From: Lepidodermella squamata
Taxonomy: Eukaryota; Animalia; Gastrotricha
Assembly: GCA_047495785.1 (NCBI GenBank)
Contig: JBLDXI010000055.1
Coordinates: 310,001-374,000 of the forward strand
Reading direction: 5' to 3'
Length of the DNA: 64,000 nucleotides
Shown here: in pieces, positions 11,366 through 24,384 of the stretch
Layout of the letters: each line of letters opens with the position of its first letter
Position numbering within the stretch: the first letter of the stretch is position 1
Program-made: the position numbers and the translations under genes
The notes under the pieces: generated by a model
The model's database searches: none
Seen by the model: only the letters and a program-made list of their open reading frames with translations
What the model was told of the DNA's origin: nothing

Positions 11366-12316
11366 TTTTTTTCGCCAACGGAACGTTGCCAAGCCACATT
11401 GGGGGACTCCCCATTTACCGTCTATTCCACAGTAAATGGTTAACGGGCCGCGTTGGCTTCTCACCTGATAAGCAGGTGTAAGTCGCGTTAAAACCGCCAC
11501 TTGCTATAAACTCACCGACACCATTGATCGAGGGTATTGGTCGAGGAGCACTCTGGTGTTATTATACGGATTCATGGCAATGAATTTTACTGCAGTCTGT
11601 GCCGATAAAAAATAAAAACCTACGTTGCCTTAATGCACACGTTTCTTCAACAAATAGTGGTTGTGGAAAGCGGAAAGTATCTTGCCGGCATATTCAGCGG
11701 AAAGTTTTTTGAATAAACAAAATATAAAAAAGTATTTCGGACTAAGTCCAACGTCGTTGGCGGTAAAATTGACAAACAAATTAAACAAGCCAAGAGGTTC
11801 CTTCTGCCGTGCTACCAACGATATCTGCTCCGTCAGCTGAATGACTATTACTTAGGCGTCGGAGTTTTTGACTCACCAATGCGCCCCAATGAAGCAACCT
11901 GAGATGTGTCATTTCCAATTGACAAAACTCTTATCATTTCATGGTCGCCGCGACTCATCGACGTCGCAATTCCCAAGTCTTTTCTTTTGTGTGCGATTCG
12001 CGCGAAGCACAGCAGTGTAACCTTTAAGCAAATATCTAAATGACGGGAGCCAAAACTGTTTACTTGCACGTCAAGCCACTGTTATTTAGGCTCGTGACTG
12101 AGGATGATGATATACAATGCAGGTAAACACGGGCGGGCGGCGGAAAATCTAACAGTTTATCAAGGAGGAGCCGTTCTTCATCTTACACTGATATCAACTG
12201 CGCTAACCACTTGTGTTATGCGCGGCTCCGCCGAACAGCGAATAAGACATGGTTTGTCTATATAGAATAGTCATGATAGGCACGAATTACTTTCTGACGA
12301 CGATCAACTTAAGAAT

Positions 12317-13919
12317 ATGCTCATTGCTGTTACAATTACGCGGGCCACTCGGCTCAAAATGAAGCGCTATATTCGCAGGTATTTTTCTAACGCAGTCTGC
12401 TCATCAATACCAATCGTTCTAGCGATATTATTTTTATTATCAATACTCAACGTGAATGTCTCGACCGTCGAGAAACTTTCGAGAAATTTCACTTTTCCGA
12501 GCGATATCGAAAAGCTCAAGTTTTCGTTCAAACTTCACGGTGCCGTTCCTTACTTTCATTGCCCGCCGAAGACTGATCCGAAGAATTTGAGCGATTTTTA
12601 TTTGTTCGACGATGAAATACCTGAGCCATCAGACGCGACAAAGATCAGACAGCATCTCAAAGCTGATGTTGAGACATCCATTTTGTTTTCATTTTCACCG
12701 TTTGTCAACGATCACGTTCGCAGAATGTTCAATCACAAAATTGTTCAACACGAAAAATGGTTCACGCCCTATCCATTTCAAGCATCTTGCGAGCCGAGCG
12801 ATTCAAACACCCTGAGATGCGCGCTGCGTATTTGGTTTCATCTGAAGCGGTTTCGCAGCTTTCGAAATCGGTTTCAAGATAGCTACCTCTACTATATTGA
12901 GCTGGATAATAATCTGCAGGTGAAGTCTAACTCAGGGCGACTTTTAGGCATTCCGTCGCCTATCAATGAGATCTGGTCAACTGGTCCGGAAGATCCGCGA
13001 ATTTTCCAAGTAAATCGAACGTGGTTTGTCAACTACGTCAGTGGGCAAATTTACGACGGCGTTGACGCGACGGTTCGCCGCCAATTTCTATGGTCATTGG
13101 AGAAAAATGCTTTGCTCGATATTGAAATTGACGACTTCGCCATGAACGAGGTCGAGAAAAACTGGGCGCCGTTGATTACCGCTGCTGAAATGGATAAATT
13201 TTATATGATTTATCAATTATCGCCGATAACCCGAATTCTGAAGTGTGCCTTTGAGACTCAACGCCTTGTTGTAAGGTGCTCTTTTGTATCTGGGAAACCT
13301 GACGACCCTGTGAAAACCGGTGATTTACTACTGCGAGGGGGTTCGCCATTCGTGCAATATACGCGCCAATACTACCTATCAGCAAGTCACACTGTTCAGT
13401 GGCTAGGGACCAAAAAAAGTTAATTGCTAATGTATTCTATAGAAATTCTATAATGATTTCATTCAGTTTACGCAACTCAGCTAACGATGCTGAATCTTCA
13501 AACTAGTCGCATCGTGTTTGTGTCATCTCCAATTTTTCTTCATCCGAATCTTATGAAATCGTTGAATGGGTCTGACCCCGCGATTCTATACCCGTTTTTC
13601 TACGCAAGAAGCATCTACCTAGAAGACAAACGGGACAGCGTGGTCCTAGCCGGTGGACTCAACGACGCAGAGGCTTTCATAGTGAGACTCCGTGGAATTT
13701 CAAAAATGCTAGGTGGGTAACGATATGGAAAAATTTATGAAACCTTCGTAAAAAAATATTTTTACAGATGAATCAATTTATATTGACGAGCAAAATTCGC
13801 TACTCGGCTGCGATGCCCCGTCTCATGTGTTCGAACGAATGGCGTATTCCGGTCACTTCTGGCTAGAAAACTGGCTGAGAGAGCGAAATCTCATCGAAAT
13901 TGAAGCCATATTGAAATGA
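12317..13919 (+). CDS. Type II membrane glycosyltransferase/phosphorylase, GT91 (beta-mannosyltransferase)/GH130-like beta-propeller
   Basis: N-terminal anchor, GPEDPRIF and EKNWAP motifs, LRGGSP. Three exons, the last ending ...IEAILK* at 13919. Confidence 0.6.
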
Positions 13920-14337
13920 ATTATTTCAGTTCCTGTTTTATTCTCTCTGTTCTTTCAAATTATGGTCTAAAATTTATCAATTCTCACGTCGTCGGCTCAA
14001 ACAAGCAAAGGCAGTTTTTGAACATGCAAGATGCAAGTAAAATACTAATAATAATATTATAATTTAACGCATGAATTCAATTGAAAAATAGCGTAAAAGA
14101 AATTATATGGTTGTTTCCCGGTAAAATCACGCTGTACATAAAAAGTTCTTGTGTATAGTCACAACAACGAAAAAAAACCAAATAATGATAAGCCGCATCA
14201 GCCAGGAGTCAAATAAGGGAGTTTGCACTTTGTTGACAAATCGAAACATCGTTTTGACTCCTTGAAAATAAGACTCACAGAATAATCATTGAAATAATTA
14301 GAGGAATAGCAGAATCATGGTGAGAGAAATCGACGAA

Positions 14338-16253
14338 TTATGAAAGCTTCGCAAGTATCCGCTTTACTTCCCGCTCGGCTGATAGCCACGCACCGTGGAC
14401 GCATGAATAATACTTCTCATGAGTCGCCTCACCTGCGAAGGTGAGTCTCGGGTTGTCGGCCGACGGCAAAGGTTTCGCCATGGCTTTGACCATATCAGTC
14501 GAAACTCCGACGGGGATGTGGGTGTACGAACCCCTGGCAAGCGGATCCACGGCCCATTTCGACCGAATCATGCCAACCGGGGCTTTCGCTCGGTTGTTGT
14601 AATGCGGTGAAATGATTCGAGTGATTAGTTCGCCGACTACAGCTAACACCTCCTGATCGGGTAGGTCTTCAATCACCCGGGCCCAGTAACCACAGGCGTA
14701 CCCGACAATGACGGGCGTCGAGATGGTTGGCTCGACTTCGAAGGCGATAATGTGCTGGTACCACAACATGTCTTCCGGCTTTTTGTAAACGGCCGGGTTT
14801 TGACTGGTTAGCTTGAAGGTTGATTTGGTCTCCTCAGGCCACACGATAAGCATGCTGTATTTCACAACATTAGCCGGCCACCATCGCCGTTCGCAGAAAA
14901 ACAGCAGTCGGTCAATGACCCCGAAACCTAACGAATCGATGGCGGTCTGTTTCCAGGCGGGTAGCGCCGGGGCGAATGATACCGCACCGGCCTTCAAGCA
15001 TCCGAGGGGTATGGTGCAGATGATGTATTTAGCCGTTAAGGTGTAAGAACTGAAAAATATAAATTAAGTTGAATATAATTTTTCCAAATTACTAATACAG
15101 CGTGTCCCAAAAATAACGCAAGCAAAGAAATTCTAAAATGAGAGACGAAGTGACGTCTCATAGCCAGAAAAATTTTAGAAATATTCAAATAATCACGAGA
15201 ATAGTAATCAAGTATGTCACTTGTAAATGGGATTAAAAAAGTCTGGAGAAATTTGGTCCAAACGGGTAAAATACCGAAAATAACCGAACCGGTTACAATC
15301 GGGGTTTTCCGGGTTTTCTCCGGTAATTTTTTAATTTCTTCGGTTAAATCGCGGATAAAAGATAGATTTTCTCTCGGTAGGTTCAACTTTAAAAAATCAT
15401 TTGAATTCCTACAAAAATTTGCAAAATTGAACAATAGTTGCCGCAACTTCTGGGACACGCTGAAGAAACCAAAAAGCGCGAAAAATTACCTGGAATTTTT
15501 AGGAGTCACGGCGATATTGCAACCAGAATCAGTGTAATCGATAGTTTGGACCGATGTGTTAAGGCGGACGAATGATGGGTCGATGTCAGCAGCAATGCGA
15601 TTCAACACTGATGAATAGCCGTTTTTGATGTAAGTATAATGCTCGCCTGGGAAATCTTCGAAATCGTAAAAACCGGCCGCAGATAACTGAGCACCGTCGT
15701 CACCAGCAAAATCTAACACCTGAAGGTCTGAGAACAAGGTAAGGACGGCTTTTTTCTGACTCAGCGTTAATTTTCCGGACGATTTTTCCAAAACGCGTTT
15801 TTCAGCTTCAGCTAATAAATCTGCGACAGTTTTGCCGGGCTGGTAACACAACTTTTCATTTGAGGAGATTTTGTCGAAATTTTCTTCGAAAAGCTCGCCG
15901 ATTTTATCCGTCGCTTCTACGTCGAGTTTAGCACCGTCCGGGGTGAAATAAATGTCGTCATCCTCATTCTCCTCGTCATCATCTTTCGGCAGCTCGAGAA
16001 CGTCGCCATTTGCGTGCGCCATTTTGTAGACAGGATTTCCATTGCTCTCACCGTGGATGAAATGAGCGCCCAGATCGACAAAATCGTCCGTATTTTTCAG
16101 AGGGACGCAATGCATGCGGCCGCCTACTCGGTCGCGAGCTTCGATGACGACGAAATTCTTCACATTTTTGCGCAGAAGTTCTCGAGCTGCAACTAAACCA
16201 GCTATTCCAGCGCCAATTATGGCGATGTCGAAATCGGTTTGACTTGATGACAT
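14338..16253 (-). CDS. Flavin-dependent polyamine/spermine oxidase-like amine oxidase
   Basis: GAGIAG, EARDRVGGR, LGAHFIHG, RGSY, FAGEATH...VHGA. One MITE-enlarged intron (~15050-15489). Confidence 0.9.
15098..15462. mobile_element. Tc1/mariner-type MITE in the amine oxidase intron
   Basis: Terminal inverted repeats CAGCGTGTCCCA(A)AA ... TT(C)TGGGACACGCTG, with TA on the left flank. Confidence 0.7.
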
Positions 16254-18918
16254 AAATTTTATGAAATGGCACTAGATAATAGAAAGACAAAGTTTGAATA
16301 AATAAGATCTAAGAATGAGGTCAAATATAAAATATAATTACAACTGAGGGAAAAATATTAAGGATGACATTCGAAATGACTTTAAATCTTACTCGAAGGC
16401 ACTCGTTCTGCAATTCTCATCTGCAGTGAAAGTTATCTAAACTGGACTAAAAAAGTTCTCAAATTGACCTTTCCCATGCCTAAACCGGTCTTTTAACCCC
16501 AGTAAACATGTTTAGACCATGTAGAGAAAAATTAACATATAAACTCTAAATTTCCGGTTCGAGCAACCTGAAATGGTCCAGTTTGTAGTCCGATTTTTTA
16601 CTATATTATAACGTTAGCAATTGAGCACAAATGGACAATGTGCAGATAATTTTTAGATGGATTATAACTCGATTCGCTGTAAAAGAAAATTGGTGATAAG
16701 AAATAAAGGACTAAAAGGTGAAAAAACCTGTCAAAATGAGGAAATCCGGCTTAATAGAAAAATAATATGAAATCAATATTATTCCAGATTTTCAATTAGC
16801 TGAGTTACTTCATTCGAGAAACCATATTAAATTATGAATTTGATGGATAAAAAACAGAATCTTCTACTGCGGGATGATCGCTATCCGCCCGTCAAAAAAC
16901 GGAAACAGTATTTACGTTATAGTCACGAATGGGCAAAATAAAAAAACATCATTTTCCATAGGTATGTATTGTTATTTGTTATTACTATGGGTACTCATCG
17001 CTTCTTAATACTGGTTAACAAAATTAGTCAGTTCATCGGCAAATCAAGCCTTTCAAAGTAGAAGAGCGGAGTAGAAACAGGATCGGTTTGCTAATTTCTT
17101 ATGCGTGCTTGTATCAGTGCATGCAAAATTTCAAACGTGCACCTACATACAAGTCAGATGCGTGGTGTACATGTGAGCGTGGTCATTCACAAAACGATGA
17201 CACAGCGACCTGTAACATCATGGCCGAACGCCAAACTATTCTACTCACACCATGAGGTCGTTTCATTCGTTGCAAGCATCATATAATAAGATTTCTCAGT
17301 TTAATGCATTACAAACATGGCCGCACATGGTTCCAGACATACATGTGGTTAGATTTTAAAACAGGTAACTACATGGCGAAAATACTTGAGCTGTTTTACT
17401 CGAGCAAACATAGCCGGTCTACCCACGCATTTTTATGCCACATTTTATGTCTATCAAAGTCTGGCATCAAACAATAATAAAGCTATCAGCTGTTTCACAC
17501 TATAATGAAACGAAAACTAAAATTGGTATTCTCCTTAAAAAAGGGCTGAAAATACCCAAAAAATACATCTACGTAGGTGCGATCCGCAAATAGCCACGCC
17601 CAACCACGAATCTTACGTGATAAGACAGGATAAACCCAATGGGTTTTTCAAATTGATAACGAAAAGGCGTGGCCTATGACTGTAATAGTATTCTAATTAG
17701 TCGCGATATATTTTATGAATAATAAAATAGGTGTTTACAGTGTGCAGCTGAATAAAGATTAATAAAGTATTAACGTGTAAAATCGGAAAATACAGCGAGA
17801 CAATGTCGAACGTTGCGTGACTATCGTGCAAAATAATTGAACAGGATTTTTTCCAATAGAATGGGTACTGCGCCAGTACCTATAGTAAACTCTCAGGCTA
17901 CATGGCAGAAATATTGACTCGGTCGATGCGCGGCCGGAAAGCAGCTCGATATATATACTAGAGTATTCACAGCCAGCACCGCGCTATGTTACTAATGTGC
18001 ATCGCATATTGTAATAATTTTCTTATAAGTACCTGCGTGCCACCTCGTAGACCACGCGCTGTACGACTCAATTTGCGCCGTAAAGCGTAGAGGACCCAAA
18101 GATTAGGCTGGCAAGATGCGATAAACCAAGCGCTTAGTATCGAGTATAAAATACGAAAGTAAATGCATCTCGTAAAATTCCTGCTGGTTGTATTTTCTCG
18201 GCAGATTGTTGATCTAAATATTGCTATCATCAATATTTCATAATTATTAATTTTAAGGCGGCATACGAATTTGTTTACAGGTATCACACTTTGGGGCAAA
18301 AATATCACGGTAAAAAAAACAGATATTCTCCTTCGAAATGAAGCCAGCCGGTTAATTTAGAGTCGAGTTATATCACAAAATATGACTATTTTTGAGGTGA
18401 GCAATTTCTACGTGATTTAAATATGAAATTAATTCAGCTCTCGACTACATAAATTTGTTATATATCAAGAGTAATAAGCTACAACAGCTATTTAAAACAT
18501 TTCAATGAAACAGCACGATGCGTTTGCACCGAAACCGCATGCGCCAGTTAGTATCACACATCGGCAGAGTAAAAATGAAAGACTTTTTTATGCACCCATT
18601 GAAAACGATCCTTCACTAATACAGCTTAATAGAGGGATTTCTAGAGCTAATTTTCAAATTTCTGTGGTTATGGTATTTTTCGCTTCAATTCATGCCGTAA
18701 AACCATATCGATTTGCTCAAAATTCTGGTCGATGAAATTTTATCGAATTTTACGCAATATGCGCCGTAACTAAGGCTGTGTGCCGTTCGATGAATCATCA
18801 CACCACCATTTAAATAACGCATGCATAGCCTTATCTACCAGTTTTTGTGTCTGCCACATACAAACTCAATAGAATTAAAAGTTGTTCGCTAGTAAAATTG
18901 CAGTTACGAAGCTGGGCA

Positions 18919-19569
18919 ATGCCGAAGCGGAGGCAAATCGAGCAGCTCAGCAATAATAAAGACGGTAAATCAGATTTCAACCATCTTTTGAGACAAGCAA
19001 GCCTCACCTGCGATCTCGATTTGTTAAAGGAAATTATCTGCCGCGCTGGGGTTGACTTTGTCAAAAACTATCTCTCTACGCCGAATGGATTCACCCCGCT
19101 TATGCTTGCGTCATTCTTCTCCCACCAGAACAGCTGCGAATACGCGAGAATCCTAATAGATGAATGCGAACTGAACATCGAATCGCAGTGCAGCGAAGGC
19201 AAAACTGCTTTGATGTGGGCGGCATTCTACGGTAATCTTCCAATTGTTCAGCTGCTAGTGGAACGTGGCGCTAGTCTGACTGCAGTCGACAAAACAAACC
19301 GAAACGCCTTAATCTTGGCGGCATTCAGCGGCAAAACTCGCGTGGTTGAGCTGTTACTCAATTACCAAAAATTCGACGTTGATGCCTATGATTCTAAGGG
19401 AATAACTGCTCTTTTTCTCGCTTCATGCATCGGGCACGGCGACGTGACTAGAATTTTGCTTGAAAAAGGCGCCGATCCGGCTGTGCAAGACATCCACGGC
19501 AATTCCGCCTTGACGCTAGCTCGAAATGATCACATTAAACAAATTCTCGAATTGAACAATAAAATCTAA
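18919..19569 (+). CDS. Ankyrin-repeat protein
   Basis: Repeats GFTPLMLA, GKTALMWAA, NRNALILAA, GITALFLAS, GNSALTLA. First ATG at 18919. Confidence 0.85.
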   Translation: MPKRRQIEQLSNNKDGKSDFNHLLRQASLTCDLDLLKEIICRAGVDFVKNYLSTPNGFTPLMLASFFSHQNSCEYARILIDECELNIESQCSEGKTALMWAAFYGNLPIVQLLVERGASLTAVDKTNRNALILAAFSGKTRVVELLLNYQKFDVDAYDSKGITALFLASCIGHGDVTRILLEKGADPAVQDIHGNSALTLARNDHIKQILELNNKI

Positions 19570-19641
19570 AAAGTTGTGAGATTTATTCAAGTGAATCACA
19601 ATAAAACAAACAAATCACAGTGAAATGAGATCGTTTTTGCA

Positions 19642-20496
19642 TTAATAAATTGTCCATGAGACTTGTTTCAGGCCGTCGTGGCGATTTAATCGCCAATGAT
19701 CGCGATCCGCTAGTAACATCGCCGTTTCATCAGGGTTAATTCTAGGGCACCCGTCAAAGCGGCAAATCTGTAAATTCCGACAAGCATCCAAGATAGCTCG
19801 CACTCCTTCACTTGTCACGTGTCGGCATTTTGTCATTTTTATTTCATGTAGCTTTTCTCGAACGGCCGATTGAGCTAAAATTTCCAGACCGAAATTAGAA
19901 ATCTCCGTGGAGGAAACGTCGACACCAGACAGCTGAGTGCAGCATTTCGAAATGACCTCCAAAATGTTGTTTGAGATTTTCGGGCAGCCGGCTAGACATA
20001 GGCTTTGTAGATGGTTGCAAGAGGACATTATCAATAACCCGATAGATTCGTCTGTCAATGATACACATCTTCTGAGAAAAATCACCTCGAGCCGGTTGGA
20101 ACTTATAGATTGAGCCAAAGCAGTTATGCCATCATCAGTAACACCAGTTCTACACCCTGAAACCCAGATATAGCCACCAAATCCTCAATTTTTCATGTTC
20201 TTACCTTTCAAAGCGTTAAAATCCACCTTGATCAAATTAGGCAGGTTGGCTTGAGCGATTACATGAACAAATGAGTCGTCTGCATTTGATTGAGCACTTA
20301 AATCGAGAGATGACGTGTGGTTAGTCAGAAGCGATTGAAATAGTTCAACTGAGCTCAATTGGCCGCGTTTTGTCAATTTCAGTAAAATTGCGGCTCGGAT
20401 GCATCCTGGCAGCAATTGAGCAACAGCTGAGCCGAACTTAGGTATCAATTTCTCGCATACGACATCGGCAGAGAGTTGAAATAGTGTGAATGACAT
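19642..20496 (-). CDS. AMN1: AMN1 homolog (LRR protein)
   Basis: Cys-containing LRRs and C-terminus LKQVSWTIY, matching the AMN1 terminus as I recall it. One short intron. Confidence 0.8.
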
Positions 20497-20866
20497 TATA
20501 CTTAAAAACTCTATAATCAAGAAAATATTAAGTGATTCTTAAACTAAGCTAAGATTTGGCATCAAGTGACCACAAATGAATGACAAACAAAAGACAAGCA
20601 AAAATAACTGCATCATTTTTATTTCAGAAGCCTCCTTACAACGCAGATGAATCTACTACTGATTTTGATTTCATACTTTTCCTCGCCACATTCCTCGCAA
20701 TACAACCGGGCGCCTTTCGTTTGATACGAATGAAGAAAAAACAGAAAGAGGAGTGTGTTGAAATCAACATGTGCAGTGCGTTATTCCACTAAAATTATCA
20801 ACTACAGTTAATTTTCACATTTTCATGTTTTTATCAACCAATTATGTGTATTTAGAGTGATTTTGA

Positions 20867-23800
20867 TCAGCGATACAGCCGCTGGAAATTTTTCAATGCC
20901 ACGTAGATTTCGTGCGGCGAGCGGCCCTGTTCCAGGGTCTGTTGGAAAGTGCTCAGTTGTGAATCAGTGGCGACGAGGGCGCCAGACGGTGATACGCGGG
21001 GTAGTTGCGTTTGAATTGCCGAATGAAGCGCTCCAAAACCAATCATCGGCTGGCTTTTGCAAACCTGTTGAAAAACAGTCAATGTAAAAAATAAAAAAAT
21101 CCAGCTTAATATTTTTAGAACTTACGGAAATTATATCGAATAGTAACTCGGCAAGATCGGTGATAAGGTGGACGGGGAGCGAAATAGCGCCAGCATGAAT
21201 TACACCCTCTAGAAGTCGCACATGAACTGATGCGAGCATCTCCAAAGCTACCGGGTGAGCATCGGCTGGCACCGTCGAGTGGCGCGACGAGCCATCGTCA
21301 CGTGCCAGTCGCACAAACTCACGCAGAAAGTGCGTCAGCGACTCGTGGGCGTCGCGGTGTTGAAGCGGCAAGCCAGCAATCGCGCATTCGGCCGCAGTTC
21401 GGCAGACGCCACTGGGTGACCGTAGCATTACTGTTGGAGCGCGTTGCAAAAAGCGGACGAATAGGCGGAACAGGTCGTCGACCAGCTCAGGGCGTTGCTG
21501 CATCGCATCGGGTCCGTTTGAAAGTTCAGTGAAAGAAATCTGTGCCAAAGCTTCAGTCATCTGTAGGAGACCCGACTGGCAATGCGGCTCCATCGCGAAC
21601 TCGTCGACCAAAACACTGGCAACGTAGATGAAGCACGAATGATGGTGAGCGGCGTACAGTGTGTACAAATCGTTGGCAACGGTCGGCAAAATTGCGGTGG
21701 CGTGGCGCTTTAGACAACGCAGTGAGTAACGAATGCAACGGCAGCATCGTTCCGCCGTGAAATTATCAGCACCGAAAACTCGGGCAGTTTCACTCAGAAT
21801 CGGCCAGACCTTGTCGACCGTGCCCTGATACGGGTGGGCGACTTCTATCGGGACATGCGAAACCGACGCAAGGGCTGAAAAAATCGCTGCGATTCGGTCT
21901 AGCCAATGACCGGGATGGCGGCGAGAGTGACGCTGTGCCTTGTTAACAGCGGCAACCGCCACAACACTGATAGCTGACTCCTCATGGCTGTTACCATTAG
22001 CCTGACCTGGGTGGGTGGCGTGTTGAACCAGTTGTTGCAGTGGCTCCAATTGCAACATCATCAACTGCTCCAAAGTAGGCGATAGTTGCTCGTGCGGCAG
22101 AGGTGACAAGGCCAAAGCAGTGGCGTTCAGCAGTGGGCATATCGCGACCAGGTTTAGGTTCAGTCGATCGACAGAACGAACGATATCGAGCAAAACCGGG
22201 AGGGCAGTCGACATTTTGTCGCGGTTCTCAGCGACCAGTCGTTCCAAAGCATCGGCCGCGCTTACTGCCAACGCCATTTTCGGAGCATGAATACCTCTCA
22301 TGATGAAATTGAACGCGTTTTCCAACTGATCTGGGTGTTCAGACAACCAAGGTGCCATCGAACCGACGAGGCGAAATGATGTGTGTAGCAGTGCTGGTGG
22401 CCCGTCGATCGGGAAAGAGAAAATGAGCTGCAAAATACGAGGAGCAGCCTCTCCTTCGTCACGAACGATGTTTGAAACGAAGCCGCACATGACGAATAGA
22501 AAAGCCTCTGTCAGTGTCCAGTCATGAGTACCCGAAGCCGTCATTTCGTTTAGCGCCCGATTTAGCAAGTGGAAAACATTGGTCGAACCCGAAATGACGA
22601 CCATTTCCTGAACTAAATCCAAAACTCGAGTTCGAAATTCGCCCTTTTCAGTCTTATCGTCTGGAATGGATTCGCCATCCAGTTCAGCGCTTAACTGAGC
22701 CTGTTTAACTAGGGCAAGCATCAAGCGCTCAACGGCAGAATGGCAACGTGAAACAGCGACAGAGCCTGATTCAACGTACAACTGATCGGCTAGGTAGTAC
22801 CAGAATGAAAATGTTGTTTCGGCAACTTCAGGTTCAGGATGGGAAACGGCTGCCAGACACAGTTCCATGGGCTTGAATGAGCCCAACAGCGAATCTTGGC
22901 CTGCTAGAAGCTGGTGCAGGAAAGTTTCGGCTAATTCGGTGAAAACACGCACCAGGTTCAGGCAGCGATCGCTGGCTTGAAGTGCCGTTGCCATGTGATA
23001 TGGCTCTTCAAGCTCGCAAACTGCTGGAAATATGGTTTCCGCAAGTTGCCGATGAACCTTCAAGTCTTCGCAAAGACGAATAGCCGAGCATACAGCTCGA
23101 GACGCGGCTTGATACACGCTTGTCGGTGTAGTCGGTTTGACATCGGCGAGAACAGTCAGTGCAGCGTGAATTAGGCTTGTTCGAAGCAACTGAGCTTCAG
23201 GCAACGCGCCAGCTGACAGCCAACTATCGAAAGAGCGGAACAGGCGCTGTCTTTGTTGAACAGTCAAATTTTGAGTGAGGCAAGCATTCTATTTTAAAAA
23301 TTAAATTTGGACGATGAGTTTTGACAAAAATTTCGCAAAAATACCAGGTAATTCAAAAACAGCTCAGAGGCATGTTTCAATTCATCTCCGACCTCTTGAC
23401 GCCGATTCGATCCCAATCGCAACGTTGTATTGGTCATCTGCATGAGAAGCTACAATTAAAGAATTATGAAAGGTAATGGGAGTTACCTCTTCCGGTAATA
23501 CTGTCAGAAATTCAAGAAGGAAACAGCAATTTCGCGGATCAGGTGCAAATCTGAATAAAAACCAAAATTAGTTGGGTCGAAGATAAGGATCAAATCAAAC
23601 TGACCGTTGAAGGACATCATTAACAGAGTTCTTCCACGCCGAAACTTGCAGCATCAGATCGGCCATGGCGAGAGCAAGCTGAGTGACGATCGCATCGGGG
23701 GTGCCATCTTGAGCGCGCAGGCAGTGCGAAATAAGGGAATCTTGGAGACCCTGAATTAAAATGAATAAATTAACTCCTATTCTATCCTTAAGCTATGGAT

Positions 23801-24274
23801 TGAGCTAACCTTATATGCTTCGCGAGGTACCTCAGCGAACTGGTACAGGATCTGCGAACCATGAAGGTAAGCAAGCAGAAAGTCAAATCACGCCAACACA
23901 ATTACCTCTAAGAAAACGTATGCACTATTTTTTAAACAAGTGCCATGTCAGACCTTAGTCCGCATCGTTTGCGCAGCAAAGTAGCACACCTCCACTGATA
24001 GATTGCCCATTGATAGCAGCGTGTCAGCAATTTTCCAAGCGAATACCTTTAGGAAGGAAAAAATGCAAATAGTTAGCGGAATAAATTCAACAGCCTGTTA
24101 GCATTATATTACCGATTTTTGAAGCTGTTCGAGCCACCTGCTCACTGTCTCTTTGTTATTTCCGACAGCAGGAGCATGGTACAATTGATTAAGAGCCTCT
24201 AAGACTTGCTCTATTGCTGGTGGTTCGTTGCCAAAGCCATTATTAGAGCCCGATTGCGCTGTGTGAGGTTCCAT
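20867..24274 (-). CDS. TNPO3: Transportin-3 (importin-beta family)
   Basis: Exons read ALNQLYH...WLEQLQKS/VFAWKIADTLL...YFAAQTMRTK, followed by a HEAT body and last exon ...KNFQRLYR*. Confidence 0.9.
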
Positions 24275-24384
24275 CAATTTAGTTTAATACCTATCAAAAC
24301 AAGTCAGGCATATAATAATAGGTCAAGAACAAAGTTGAGCCTCTTGTTTGCACAATAATAAGCGGGTATAAACAGCTAAAGCAG

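Larger units (their letters stand above)
10502..11370. repeat. Copy 2 of the duplicated Pol III cassette
   Basis: Near-identical to 6818-7735. Confidence 0.9.

Noticed and set aside
16260-18850. 2.6-kb gap with short ORFs and a loose CTACATGGC repeat
   Set aside because: AT-rich with no supportable coding or RNA feature. Probably a divergent promoter region.
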